A DNA stretch of 64,000 nucleotides from Cetorhinus maximus (lineage: Eukaryota). Positions 25,310 to 37,975 of the stretch are shown piece by piece. The position numbers and the translations under genes were made by a program. Below the pieces are notes generated by a model. It saw only the letters and a program-made list of their open reading frames with translations, made no database searches and was not told the DNA's origin. Where the stretch lies: the NCBI RefSeq assembly GCF_964194155.1, contig NW_027596233.1, positions 248,001 to 312,000 on the forward strand. Reading direction: 5' to 3'. Positions within the stretch are counted from its first letter, which is position 1. Every line of letters starts with the position of its first letter.

Positions 25310-25545
25310 ATGAAACAAAAATAAAAACTGAAAATGCTGGAAAAATTCAGCCTGACTGGCAGCATCTGTGGAGAGAGTAACCGATTTAACGTTTCCGGTC
25401 CCTACAGCCCTCATTCAGCTCTGGAAGAAGAGTCATACAAACTCAAAACGCTAATTCCGTTCCTTTTTCTACAGGTGCTGTTCGACCTGCTGAGTTTATA
25501 CATTGCCTTCAGTTTTTAGTTATGATTTCCAGCATCCACACTATT
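25310..25545. mobile_element. Palindromic (fold-back) non-autonomous element made of two inverted Penelope-like termini
   Basis: Left arm aatgctggaaaaattcagcctgactggcagcatctgtggagagag is the imperfect reverse complement of right arm ctttttctacaggtgctgttcgacctgctgagtttat. Both match the Penelope end at 640-740. Confidence 0.7.
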
Positions 25546-27553
25546 TTTAATGTAACTTAAGAGAGGATGCAGCATTCTTTTGAAAATTGGATGCCTTCAC
25601 TAAGGGAGATGCAGGCAAAGATGGGGAGCAGATGAGATAAATCATGTCACTCAACCGTGTTTTTCACTTTCTTGCTAATTTATGCTGAGTTACTGGCTGT
25701 TAAATTAATGAAATTAAATTGATGCTATAGCCATGAATCAGAGATTCAGGGAGGTAGAGAGAGGATAGACGTGAATCTTCTTTCCGTGCCTCTGATGTAC
25801 ATTTTTTAGTATTTTTGACGCACTATTACCTTAATATATTTTGCATAAAATCTAGAGTTGAAACGTTGACATATTTTAAGAGGCTTGAGGAAACTCTTAC
25901 TCAAGCTGGAATGTGGAGTGTGATTGTCATGAGAAATCTCGATAGGCCGCGTATCATTAGATAATGATGGTTAAGTTTGCGCAAATACTAAATTATTGCT
26001 TGGTTTCTTCATTAATTGCTAGATTCTGTGGACTTTCACCTGAAACATATGTGCTCTGTAATTTTTGTTCTTTTAAGTAATGAAAAGGATTTGAACAGAG
26101 AAAAAAGCCAGTTAAAAAATAGAGATTGCGATCATCTGTTGACATGTTAAACTTTTCACAAACGTTTCAAAATGAACAAAAAAAAAACACGCCAAAATTT
26201 AAATACAGGCAAGTAGCATTTATGTCTAGGATACTCTCTCAGGATAATAACATTGAGTCATATGTGAAACGGAGCAATGCAAGAATGCTGTTAGAGGTAT
26301 AGAGGGGACAAGGAGATATGACAAACGAAAAGCAATGAGGGAGATGAAAGAGAGAGAGAGAAACAGAGGGTGCAAGTGAAAGAGAGGGAGAGTTAGGGAG
26401 AGAGAGTTACGGAGAGAAAGGCGGCGCGTGGGGGATGGGTTGGGGAAGTCATGTGGGGTGTAAGTGAGATAAAATACGGTGTGAGTAATTCATGGTGATG
26501 AACTGCTAAAGTCTCTTGAACGATTTGTGAGGGCAACTGAGATGAGGGCATGTGGAATATGTTGCAGGTTCGTTTAGGTTCACTGCTACACTGATTTGTT
26601 ATGTGCTTACATCATTCGGTGAATGTTCCTTTTCTGGATATATGAACCGAGCGAGCAGTCATTGTTGAAAAATTTCTTTCTTTTTCACTAATGGTGTTAT
26701 ATTATTAGATAATGCTTTGAAAATATGTATTTGCTCAATTTAATCAAGGACGAGGTGCATTACCTTCATTGTGTTTGTTGCTCCTTTATACGCAATGGAA
26801 CGTGAAACATAATTTTCTTGAACATATTTCAGGACCATCGAGCTGTTCCCCAACACCAATTATATTAGTTATCAATGGTTAAACCTAATAATTGAGTTGT
26901 GTATAAAGGTGATCCATGTGTTAGACTTCACCTCAGGTTTTGCTTCCATATCAATCTTGGAATCTCAGTCTCTTATTGCATTGAACTGAATCCACTATCT
27001 TCTCATCCAACACTTAGGTTGACCCACTTTCCCAAAGCAATTGCTCAGGCCTCCCATTCTGATGTTAGATGGCTCCCTCCCAATTTCACGCACGGATTCA
27101 GTTTTTAGATGAATCTCCCAAGCAATTACCACGCTCAATGACTCCTCCCCATTCGTATTGATTATTTCCCCCCTGCTTTGTGTGAAACCATGGTTAGCTT
27201 GCATTACCCTGAACAACTAATCAGTTGCTTTCAGCATGTACACAAATTTTCTTCATCAGCGTGGAACACAAAGCTGGTTTAAACAAAAAATGTCCCTGCT
27301 TCCTCAATGACATTCACTCCTAGGCTATCGTTCGACGTCCTCACTTGCCCCTTTCACTGCCTCCAGTTTGCAATGTATTCAAATTAATGACTAATCGATC
27401 TCCAATAAGATTATATATTTTTGTAAAAATCATCTGCTCATAAACATTCCTTTTTGGATGCAATAGCAAAGGCATCCTATAACCTGACAGACTGCGGTTT
27501 TTCTTCCATGGCGGATCATTGTTTATGTGTTTCTTTACTATTCTCTGTTCCAG

Positions 27554-28488
27554 TTAACGTGCTAACGATTCTGATATTATTCAGAGGAAATTGTGGTCTC
27601 TCCAAATGTATCAACCGCTACCTGTTGGGCATGGCAATGGCCGATCTGCTCGTCATCATCACTGATCCTATATTAAGAGGGATATTTCCAATATACTTCC
27701 CAGGTACATTTATGGAGATTACTCCCGTTTGCTGCCTCAATAACGTCCTGGTTTTTGCAGCCACGACTATTTCTGTATGGCTAACAGTGGCGTTCACCTT
27801 TGATCGTTTTGTGGCAATTTGTTATGAGAAGCTGAAAACAAAATATTGCACCCCGAAAACGGCATCTGTGGTTCTAGCAACAGTGACTGTGCTAGGCCTC
27901 TTAGAGTGTACCCCTTGGTACTTCGCCTCTGAAGCTGTATATATAATTGATAACGTTCCCTGGTATTGTACCCTTAAAACTAGCCTCGTTAATTCGCCTG
28001 CTTGGGCAGCATATGAGTTGTTCCACCGCATTTTATCTCCTTGTGTCCCGTTCTTTCTAATTTTCCTCCTCAACCTTCTGACTGTCAGATGCATTTTAGT
28101 GACCAGTAGAGTCCGTAGAAGTCTACAGGGCCTCAGCAGTGGAGAGAACCGCAAGGATCCAGAGATGGATCATAGAAGAAAAGCTATCATTTTGCTGTTC
28201 AGCATAACAAGCAGTTTTTTAATGTTATGGGTGACACAGGTTGTATTTTTCGTTTATCAACGAATTACAGAACAATATGGTTTTTCTGCCACTGACCCCC
28301 TTTATATCACAGAAAGTACTGCAATGATGCTGCAGCTTCTCAGTACATGTACCAACACGTGTATTTACGCTGTGACACAGGCGAAATTCAGAGAGGAGTT
28401 TAAGAACCTGTTGATCTACCCATTCAAGCTGCTTGTTAGATTATTTAATTGCTTGAGCGAGAGCAAGGTTTTCAAGCAACAGAAATAA
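27554..28488 (+). CDS. GPR139-like orphan GPCR copy 2, exon 2 (TM1-TM7 and C-tail); spliced protein 334 aa
   Basis: Uninterrupted ORF with seven hydrophobic segments and class-A motifs YLxxMAxADL, SVWLTVAFTFDRFVAIC, TM4 PW, ECL2 Cys (PWYC), TM5 PCVP, CTNTCIY, helix-8 KFREE. Acceptor ctctgttccag|TT AAC. Confidence 0.93.
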
Positions 28489-28689
28489 ATGCCATTTGAA
28501 ACAGTAACGCCTTCTGCCTTCATTTTTATGTTGGCTGTACTAGGCGCAAACATCTATGTTGAGCTTATCCTAAGAAACTTGTTGAATATTAAAACTCCAA
28601 AGTGAAGCCTTCAGCCTGTCCCTGCAGCGCATCCTATGTCTTCAATGAGAGCGCACCCCAGCCTCAAATCCTCCATAGAAATTTCATTT

Positions 28690-30960
28690 GGTTAACTAGT
28701 TTAAAGCATTTTGGTTACATAAACTGCGTTGGACAGCGGTGTCTCTGGTGAACGACTGAATGTTTGACGTGTCAGTTCAATATCTGGTATTCTGCCCTGC
28801 CAACTGAGTTGCAGAGCTTTCCTCAGGCAGATCAACTAAAAATGATTGCGCTTTATGACATGGTGCTTGTGCACAATCAGATTTTCAAACTTTGTGCAAA
28901 GTTGACAGTCCTATTGCAGTGTGGACTTTCACTTAGGTAAGCGGGCAGATTTCTCTTTGTTTCCAGGTTGATTTCAGTAGGCATCCGAAGGTTACACTTT
29001 TTATGTTTGTTTTACATTCTTGCACGTGCCTCATTATCGACAGTGCGATTGAGTGCGCTGCCGAGATAACTGAAGCCCTCCATTGCAAACACCTTGTGAG
29101 CATAGACTGAAACATTGCGCCCTGGTACAGACCGATACATTACTTCATTTTTCGCCATGATGATCATGAGGTGCAAGTTGTTGCATGATTGGTGGGCAAG
29201 GCTGTGCTGCCTGCATTCCCAGCTCTGAACTGGTAGGACGCGCACAGAAATCTGAAAACACAAAGTGATGAAGAATGTTGTTAGCCAATTTGTTCCTTGA
29301 CTGGAGTAGTCACAGGATGGTGAGATTGCTGCTTGTGCCACATTTCATTTCAATGTCAGCATCGCTATAATGGAGGGCATTGAAGAGAATGGTGAAAAAT
29401 AATACATGCTGAAGAGAGTCGATTCCAGCACAAAGCCCTGTTTAACTCCATTAGTGACCGGAAACGGGTGAGAAGACTCACCGTCATCCAGGGAAGGTGT
29501 GAGCTTGGCGTCGTGGAACGGTTGAACCAGTGTGATGAATTTCTCAGGCAGCAGAATGTTTTTTCTGACCTTCGAAAGCCTCTCAAGGCTGACCTGTGTC
29601 AGCGAAACATAAGCGGTTTAGAAGCCAAAGCCTTGTTCTTGACATTACTAACCCGACGAGTTTAAGCTGCCTTACTGCAAGAGCCATGTTAGTGATTCTA
29701 GGACTATTGATTGAACTGCAGTCTCCACTGGCAGCAGATCCTGGTCGAGGTGTTGCACTGAGAAGATCAGAGCGATTATGGCGAAGGTTTCTCCCAGAGA
29801 TGAAGTAGTGTGAGATTTCACTATGATTGTTTGATGGTTGGCGGGTTACATTCCATTTGTGCAGTTGGCAATGAGTTACCTTGTATTATTCTGGAGCATT
29901 CCCTTTCCCCCTCATAGGGTGAACGATTTTAATTAGGCTATTGACGAGGCACTGGCATCCAGCCATTTAAACAAAGGTTGGGACATCATCAGCTTCTTTA
30001 AATTTAACTATAGACAGAAGATTGAGAGTTTTATTCGTCTTCTGTTTGCTGGAAGCTTTATCAAGAGAACGGTTAATGGAAAACGTGTCTCTTCATTGAT
30101 GTCTGGAAGCTCAACGAGAATATTTTTTTATTGGGTTCTGCCCAACTTTGCACATTGTGCCTTTGTTCTTCCTATGGTTTTGGCCCATAGGCGCAGAGGG
30201 CTTTTGACAAATCAACCAAGGCTTGTGATTTCAAGCAGTTTTCGAGAATCATAGGCACTCTTCTATCTTGTGCTATCGGCAAATTAGGCAATTTATTCAC
30301 TCTTCAGATTGAACCATTCGTCTTATATCTTTCTGAGCTTGCATCCTTCAATCCTGCAGAGGTTTGAGTAGGCTACGTGCTTAGATATAGTGGACATGTG
30401 ATTGAGCAAATCCCAGTAAAGGTAATGATTCTCTTCCATTTGTTATTGGATCCGCTGATAGTTTTCATTCAACAAATGTTGATTCATATGAACGGTAAAA
30501 AAAAAAAGGTCATGTACAGCACTGGAGTACCCTGCATTCCTGAATGTCACCCACTTCTCCTCAATTCAGTGTCACAGTTTCACTGTTCATGTGCGACTCA
30601 GAAATGCTCTGGGAGAGATTCCTTCTTGCCTGCCTGTTTCAAACTTCAGACTTTAAGACACTTGTGCTCTTTAAGACCTGGCAATGCCAAGGTGTGAGCC
30701 AAAAATGTGTATGTTTGAAAGGATAAGACAGTGGTCAGCACAGCAACCAACGCCTCACATGGCTTCATTATCCGAACACCATACCTGCCCTGTGCCTGGT
30801 GATAACATGGTCGATTAAATGCCAGTGCTCAGAGCCGGGGTGCACCCAAGGCCCCATGTTCCAATTGGATTGGTGGAAAACCGTTTTGGTGATTAAAGTG
30901 CCATATTGTTCAGCCATCTGCAGCATGGCAACTTCCAATGGCAAGATTCTTGTGAACCCT
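28690..30960 (-). mobile_element. RTE/BovB-like LINE, decayed (RT and late endonuclease region)
   Basis: LITKTVFHQ...WVHPGSEHWHLIDHVITR (RTE motif WxHPRSxxWHxIDY) and FSYLGSALNRTVDNEARAR (FxYLGS..IDxEI..RI). Confidence 0.8.
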
Positions 30961-30968
30961 TCCAATGG

Positions 30969-32940
30969 TACATAGGAGCAGAAAGACCAGAAGACATGGG
31001 AGCAAATATTAGGCCTATCGGCCAATCGAGTCAGCTCCACCATTCAATCATGGCCGATAAGTTTCTCAAACCCATTCTCCCGCCTTCTCCCCGTTACCTT
31101 TGATCCCCTTACCAATCAGGAAGCCATCTATCTCCGCCTTAAATACACTCAAATACCTGGCCTCCACAGCCTTCTGTGCTAATGAATACCATAGAGCCCT
31201 CAAACGTTGCTCATATGTTGAGCCTTTCATTCCTGGGATCATTCCCGTGAACCTCCTCTGGATCCGCTCCAGGGCCAGCACATCCTTCCTGAGTTACGGG
31301 GCCCAAAATTGCTCTCAATGTTCTAAATGTGGTCTGACCAGAGCCTTATAGAGCCTCAGCAGTATATCCCTGCTTTTATATTCTAGTCAGCTCGAAATAA
31401 ATGTCAACATTGCATTTGCCTTCCTACCTACCGACTCAACCTAAAAGTTAACCTTAAGAGAATCCTGGGCTACTACTCCCAAATCCCTTTGCACTCCAGA
31501 TTCCGGAATTCTCTCCCCATTTAGAATATAGTCCATGCCTCTATTCTTCCAAGCAAAGTACATGACCTCACACTTCCCCACGTTGTAATCCATCTGGCAA
31601 TTCATTGCCTATTTTCCTAACCTGTCCAAATCCTTCTGCAGCCTCCCCATCTATTCAATACTACCTATCCCTGCACCTATCTTTGTACCATCTGCAAACT
31701 TAGCCAGGATGCCCTCAGTTCCTTCATCTAAATCATTAATGGATAAAGTGAAAAGTTGAGTTGTGGTCCCAACACTGACCCCTGCAGAACTCCACTAGTC
31801 ACCGGCCGCCATCCTGAGAAGGACACCCTTATCCCCACTCTCTGTCTCCTGCCAGACAGCCAATCTTCTATCCATGCTAATATCTTGCCTCTAACGCAAT
31901 GAGCTCCTATCATGCTGAGCAGCTTCCTGTGCGGCACCTTGTCAAAGGTCTTCTGGAAGTCGAAGTAGATAACATCCATTGGCTCTCCGTTGTCTAACCT
32001 ACTCGTTACCTCCTCAAAGAATTCTAACAGATTTGTCAGGCATGACCTCCCCTTAATGAAACCATGCTGACTTTGCCGGATTGTACCATGTACTTCCAAG
32101 TATTCTGAAATCTCATCCTTAATAATGGTCTCCAAAATCTTTCCAACGACCGACGTCAGGCTAATCTGCCTGTAATTTCCCGTCCTTTGCCTCACTCTCT
32201 TCTTAAACAGGGGGGTCACATTAGTGATTTTGCAATACTCTGGGACCCTCCCTGATTCCAGTGATTCCTGAAAGGTCACCACTAACTCCTCCACTTTCTC
32301 TTCAGCTATCTCTTTCAGAACTCTGGGGTGTAATCCATCTGGTCCAGGTTATTTATCAACCTTCAGACCTTTCCGATTTCCTAGCACCTTCTCCTTGCTA
32401 GTGGCCACCATACTCACCTCTGACCCCCGACTCTCTTGAACTTTGGGGATGTCACTCGTGTCTTCCACTGTGAAGACTGATGCAAAGTACCTGTTCAGTT
32501 CCTCGGCCATTTCTTTGTTCCCCAATACTACTTCCCCAGAGTCATTTTCCTGCGGCCCAATATTCACTTTTGCCTCTCTCTTACATTTTATATATCAACA
32601 AAAAACTCTGGCAATCTTCTTTTATAGTACTAGTTAGTTTAAACTCATATCTAATCATCTGTCTCCTTATTTCTGTTTTAGTTGTAGTCTGTTGATCTTT
32701 TTTAGGCTTCCCAATCCCCTGGTTTCCCACTGCTCTTCACCGCATTGTATGCTTTCTCTTTAGCTCCTATGCTGTCCCTGACTTCCCTTGTAAGCCATGG
32801 TCGCTTCGTCCCCCCTTTAGGATGCTTCTTCTTCCTAGGGATGAATTTTTGCTGGGTCTCCCAATTAATCCCGGAAACTCCTGCCATTGCTGTTCCACTG
32901 TCTTTCATGCTAGGCTCATCTCCTAGTCAATTCTGGCCAG
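30969..32940 (-). mobile_element. 5'-truncated CR1 LINE nested inside the RTE element
   Basis: NVTPLFKK..GNYRQISLTSVVGKILE..SQHGFIKGRSCLTNLLEFFEEV..DFQKTFDKVPH..GVLQGSVLGP; LERIQRRFTGMIPG; 3' UTR. Short internal deletion near 31190. Confidence 0.95.
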
Positions 32941-32944
32941 CTCC

Positions 32945-33400
32945 TATGGCCGGTGATCTGCAGCAACCCATGTGATGAAGTCACCAAAAATGATGAGTTT
33001 GACTGCCATTGGGTAGAAGAAACCCAGGTTAAGCCTGTCATTTTAAAGTGCATGCTTTAACTCTTCAGTGCTGTTCATGGACTGGATATACACTCTGACG
33101 AGAGTTGTTGCATGTTTTACTGCAGCGGCAGATCAAGCGCCATCAGACCATCAGTAACACGCTTTGGAAGGCAAGACAACTTATTGTCCTCATTGTTCAT
33201 GACAACAAGCCCTGTACAATCTTCCCACCATTTTACATTTCCAAGGTCATTAACATCATGTGTGGCCTTAGGATTCCTTCTTTGGTCCCTCCTCAGGCAA
33301 GCGAAGTTCCCTGATTCTTTCGATCTGCATGTGCACCTAACTAGCTAACAAGTTAGCAATTAAGCTCTTGTTGCAATGTGATGTTGTTTAACCTGAAAGT
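32945..33400 (-). mobile_element. RTE/BovB-like LINE, endonuclease N-terminal part (continuation beyond the CR1 insert)
   Basis: Minus-strand relic ..RELRLPEEGPKKE.. and KLIIFGDFI (GDFN box), colinear with the RTE segment left of the CR1. Confidence 0.6.
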
Positions 33401-36400
33401 GTGCCTGTTGAATTCATCAAGAGATCCGTGTCACAATTTATTGATTTAATAATTAATAACCTATTTCCGTATCAGTGGGACCCACAGTTGCGCCCGTGGC
33501 TGAAACAGACAACTGTCAGGGAATTTGGCCCAGCCTCATAGCAGGAAGTGAACAGTTTAACCCTGAGAAGTGCTGCTCCGTCGCTAGGTGCCGGCTGATT
33601 TCAACTTCAGCTTCCATCCAGGGACTAAATATATATTTGATTGAACAACCTTACTGCAGGTTCGTGGTTATAGCGCCCACCTCATCGTGAACTGCTGCTT
33701 CATCCCCATCCCATTGTCACAAGAGCTTGTTACTGAGAGATGTTGTATTACAAATAATAATAATAAAAATGATCAGCATGGTTAATTGATGAATTGGAAT
33801 GCAATGAGTGAGAATAGCTGATCGTCAGCCTCCAACTCTCCTCCAGGAATTTGTGGATGCAGTGAAAAGAGCGGCTTGAGCGTCTGGAGGCTGCTCGAGA
33901 GACAAAGGGTGCTCGGGATGTCTCAGGGCCTTTGCGCGCTCTACGCATTCCCCCCCGCGATGATCCGTCTTCAGGACCGTGGCAATTGAGGATGGCCCAA
34001 TACGCCGCTCTCTTTGGGCTGGCTTGTAATTTATTGTTCTCACCTTCGGCAAACTCTCAGCTGTTGCATGACGTTGCTGGTTGCTCGCGCCAGTGGAAAC
34101 AACTTCTCAACTGCTTCGACGGGTTGGCCAAGGATTTCGGTGACTTCGGCTGTTGTCTACCCTGTCATCTGAATACTGAATAACAGGGCAGATAAACACA
34201 GTAAATGAATAAATTCGATATGTTGCCTTTAGCAATCAATAGAGCTGCTCGTGAAATGTGCACTAAAGAGAGAGTTCAGAGGGAGCCTGAAAAGGAAAGA
34301 AACAAATGGCCTCAGGGATTGCACCCAGATAGCTAAAGACAGACAGGGCATAAGTTGGCGATCAACAAAAATCGCGGAGTGCCAGGAAACGTCAGGAAGT
34401 GATATGGAAAGAGAAATTTAGGATGCACAGAAGAGACAGGATGAAGAAAACTAAAATATCAATGAAAGTCACAGAGAGTAAAAGATACAGAGAAAATCCA
34501 AAATAAACATGAACTGGGGGGACAGCGAAAAGGAAAGGATTTGTACCCAAGTGCAGACAAGAGGGAGGAAGGCAAGGAAAATGAGGACATACTCAGGTTC
34601 GAGTTTGTAGATTCATTAAACACAGAGATAGAATATCAATTAGCATTATATTATAAAGAGTTGGGAAAGTTGAGAAGGGAACAAAGATGAATAAATGAAC
34701 TGATGACAGAGAAAATGTGAGGTAAACACAACATTTGCTTCACAGGTATGCAAAAGGGGTAAATGTGAAAGGGACTGGAAGGAAACAAAAATTGAACACG
34801 GGGAAGGTTGGGTAAAGATGATTAAAAAGGTGGAGTAGTCGTGGAGACAGTAAATTAAATAATAGAAAGGGAATGAAAAGAGGAGGGAACTGATGCAGAG
34901 GACGTCACTCAAAGAGAGGTGGAAGCAAAGTGTGCGGCAGAGCAGGAATTTGACACATAAACTTTCACAGAGCAAAAGCCTAGACAAAGGAGGACATAAT
35001 TCACTACACAGTGCATTGGTTCGTTTTGTTGCTTAGAGTTACATATGTCCATCAGTTTTACATTGAGTTAAGTAGATAACTCTGAACAGGTTGCCCACAC
35101 AATTCTCCTCCAACGCATTTTTCATTTCCTCCAGCTGAGTCAAACTGTTCCCCATTTGTGCCATTTCAAAAAGATGTAACCAGAGCACCATTGACAATGG
35201 GTTTTAAAACCTGGACCGGCACCGGTAGCTCTGTCTGCCCCCAAAAGTCTGGAGTTGCATCGTTTTCGTCAGCGTTATATAAAGAGGCTGAGGAAGCGAA
35301 GTATCCACACGGGGACGGATAACATTACAGAGAAGCAAACATATTAAGAAGACAATATTGTGTTAGAGAGTGAGTTCTGCATGAAGATATCATATAATAT
35401 GTACCCTTTCATAAACATTAAGAAACTGCTGGGCATTGCAATGCCAACCATCAGACGGGCGTTAAAGATCGATCTGAATTCTAACTGCGCTCTCTGGAGG
35501 ACGTGCAAGAAAGTCAGTCAGTCTGGGATAAATGATTCTGTGCAACAGTACTGCAGGAAATGGACAAGAGGCTCCTTTCAATCTGTATTAATACTCGTAA
35601 CATTCAATCTGATGTAAAGTAGCAGCATGTCAGCAATTCTTGTGTGTTGCTGGCTACATAGGATGTTGCTGAAGTGTCACTTTCTCTGTTATTACCCTGT
35701 ATTCTGTATGTGGTTCATGTTAATTAAAACACGAATCGTAATACCAGGATAGCAGTGAATCGCACGAACGCTACGATGTAGCCCAGATTAATAATTACCC
35801 TTCGATATTGGAATTGTACCTATATTGTACATGGAAAATGTCCTTTTCCATGCCGTAACTAACTTAGGTCCATTTATATTGACTATATGTCCATATGTCA
35901 AGAATTCTTTTTCGGAATACACAACGCCATCAGCATTAAGATTCTAAGATTTTCCAACTTAACACTGTATTCCCTCTACAACATTCTGTTTTACAGTAAT
36001 TTATGACAGTCAACTTTCTTCACACACTAGTTTACATTTCTCTTAGCTCAGCCGAATCAGTGCTGCTATAAACAAAGGGGCGGTCCCCCTGAACGCCGAC
36101 ACTGAAAGGGGTGCGGCGGCGGTGGGAGATAGCGATAATTTGAAGTACTATTCATCACATACGAATCTCAGTTACTGGAAACGCTGAGCGGCAGCAGTGG
36201 AATGGACGCTAAGCTTCGGCTTGGATCACGGTTATTCCTTACAGGTGCTGTTGGTGAACTGAGAGTTTGATCAGTAGCTGGGTGGTTCAAGGGCTGTGTG
36301 GGAGCTATGGACGGCGGGCAGATCACGGGTGTGCGGTTGAGGATATTGCACGGCCTTCACTTTCCTGGGTAAATGCCATCGACAGTGTTCGAGATGTTCG

Positions 36401-36949
36401 ACACCATCCAATGCAATGCAACCTCATTGCTGGCGGATTCCTTAAACATTCACTGTCATTACTACTGACGCACAGTGGCAGCCGCGTGTATCCATAAATG
36501 AATGAAACATATGATCATACGGATTTCAAGTCCGTACTCAATGGTAGAAGGATCAAGAACCATTTGTCAGCGAGTTATTGTGACTGACAAAATAATTAAT
36601 GGTGACATCTGGGAAACTGTGGCTTTTACAACCCGACTGCATAGGTTCTAGGAGACACTGTCTGAGAGCGTGGTGAATTCAATTTCAACCATAGAATTCA
36701 AAGTTTAACGACGCACTCCTTTCTCTCCGATGCGTTCCTTAAACCTGTGACATTTACTTAATATTGTGTCCATTAATTTACCCGATAAAAAAAATAACTA
36801 TTTCAAGTTTTTCTGAATGAATGCCACTTGACACTTGCATTTCACAAGCCTCGCTGTCACATGCTGCTCTGCTTCATCCTGTTTATTACGTTTCTAATTA
36901 GGTTGCCTCCGGAAACTTTGAAACTCTGTCCTCTGCCCATTAAAAATTC

Positions 36950-37360
36950 TATGTCTCAAAAACGCGTGCAGCGTCCCCATCAGCGAGACCTAGAGGGGCA
37001 GAATTGGAATCCGTCTTCTCGTTTTTGTTGGGAAAAAGAAAATCCGTTGACTCTTCTCGATGTTTTCTGTCTGTTAGACAATATCGTATCCACACAGCCA
37101 TTTTCTCTTTAAACCGATGCACGTCAGTATTGAACATTCTTTTATGTCTCATCATATTGGTCAACCCGTGAAGTCCGTTTGCACTTGAGTAAGCATTATA
37201 CTCATCCATCTTCTCCATTACTTCACCGAATGACTCAATGAGGTTACACAAACAAGATTTGCCATGGACCAAACAGCACTTACTTATATTAATCAGCCCG
37301 CAATTTTTAATTATAATCTGCTTGTCGCGGGTTATCATTTTTATATTCTCCCAGTACATT
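36950..37360 (-). mobile_element. CR1 RT fragment, decayed
   Basis: GLINISKCCLVHGKSCLCNLIESFGEVMEKMDE corresponds to CR1 QHGF.KGxSCLTNLxEFFEEV. Confidence 0.75.
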
Positions 37361-37689
37361 CTAATTCAAAGAAACGATTCAAGGAAGGAAATGGTGCCCC
37401 ATCCTTGCAGCTCAACTTTATTCATCCAAATATCTGTTGTTTGCAAAACAAGAAAAAACTAAATTATTTTCAGTAAAAGTTTCACATCATCTTTTCAATT
37501 ATGGCATATTATGAATAAAGAATGACGAGTAAGCAATGATGTCATTGTGCTAAATGTCACTCATTCCCACCATGTATTTTCTACAAACATTTGATGGGTT
37601 GTTTTAAAAGAAATTACTCCAAAGAATGCACGTCCTCTCCTGAATGTGCCGAGGTAAAACGCTTTGCAACGTTTGCCTCTGATTAGCAT

Positions 37690-37975
37690 ATTTAAATCTT
37701 CTGGCATTTACTATCAATGCGTATTTTCCCGCGTTCATCAGGTCTTTTCTGAACTTAGCCTCAGTCAGAGCATAAATTAATGGTGCTTGTGCCGGAACTG
37801 AACATGAATCCAGCATTCTTCTAGTAATGGACACTATAATACCGAGTGATTGCTTAATGCAGAGTGATGAAAGATATAACCTGTAACGCGTATTAGATGA
37901 CAAAACCACCGGAAATGCTTAAGCGCAAAGCGTCGGGTTTCTTTTGTTTATCCATATCTGGGTTATTGATGTTTT
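37690..37975 (-). pseudogene. GPR139-like GPCR copy 4: decayed 3' remnant (ICL3-TM6-TM7-helix 8)
   Basis: Minus strand NNPDMDKQKKPDALRLSISGGFVI*YALQVISFI aligns without gaps to copy 2 KDPEMDHRRKAIILLFSITSSFLMLWVTQVVFFV. Downstream AGFM.. and IYALTEAKFRKDLMNAGKY align to IYAVTQAKFREEFKNLLIY. Confidence 0.75.

Noticed and set aside
27454-27553. N-terminal 33 aa of the 344-aa ORF
   Set aside because: Starts at TTG and lies upstream of a clear splice acceptor at 27553. It is intronic read-through, and the likely N-terminus is the exon at 23760-23829.
35276-36375. TATATAAA (35276), donor-like GTGAGT (35370) and an exon-like CpG-richer stretch at 36246-36370
   Set aside because: No recognisable coding potential or homology. 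Such motifs occur by chance.
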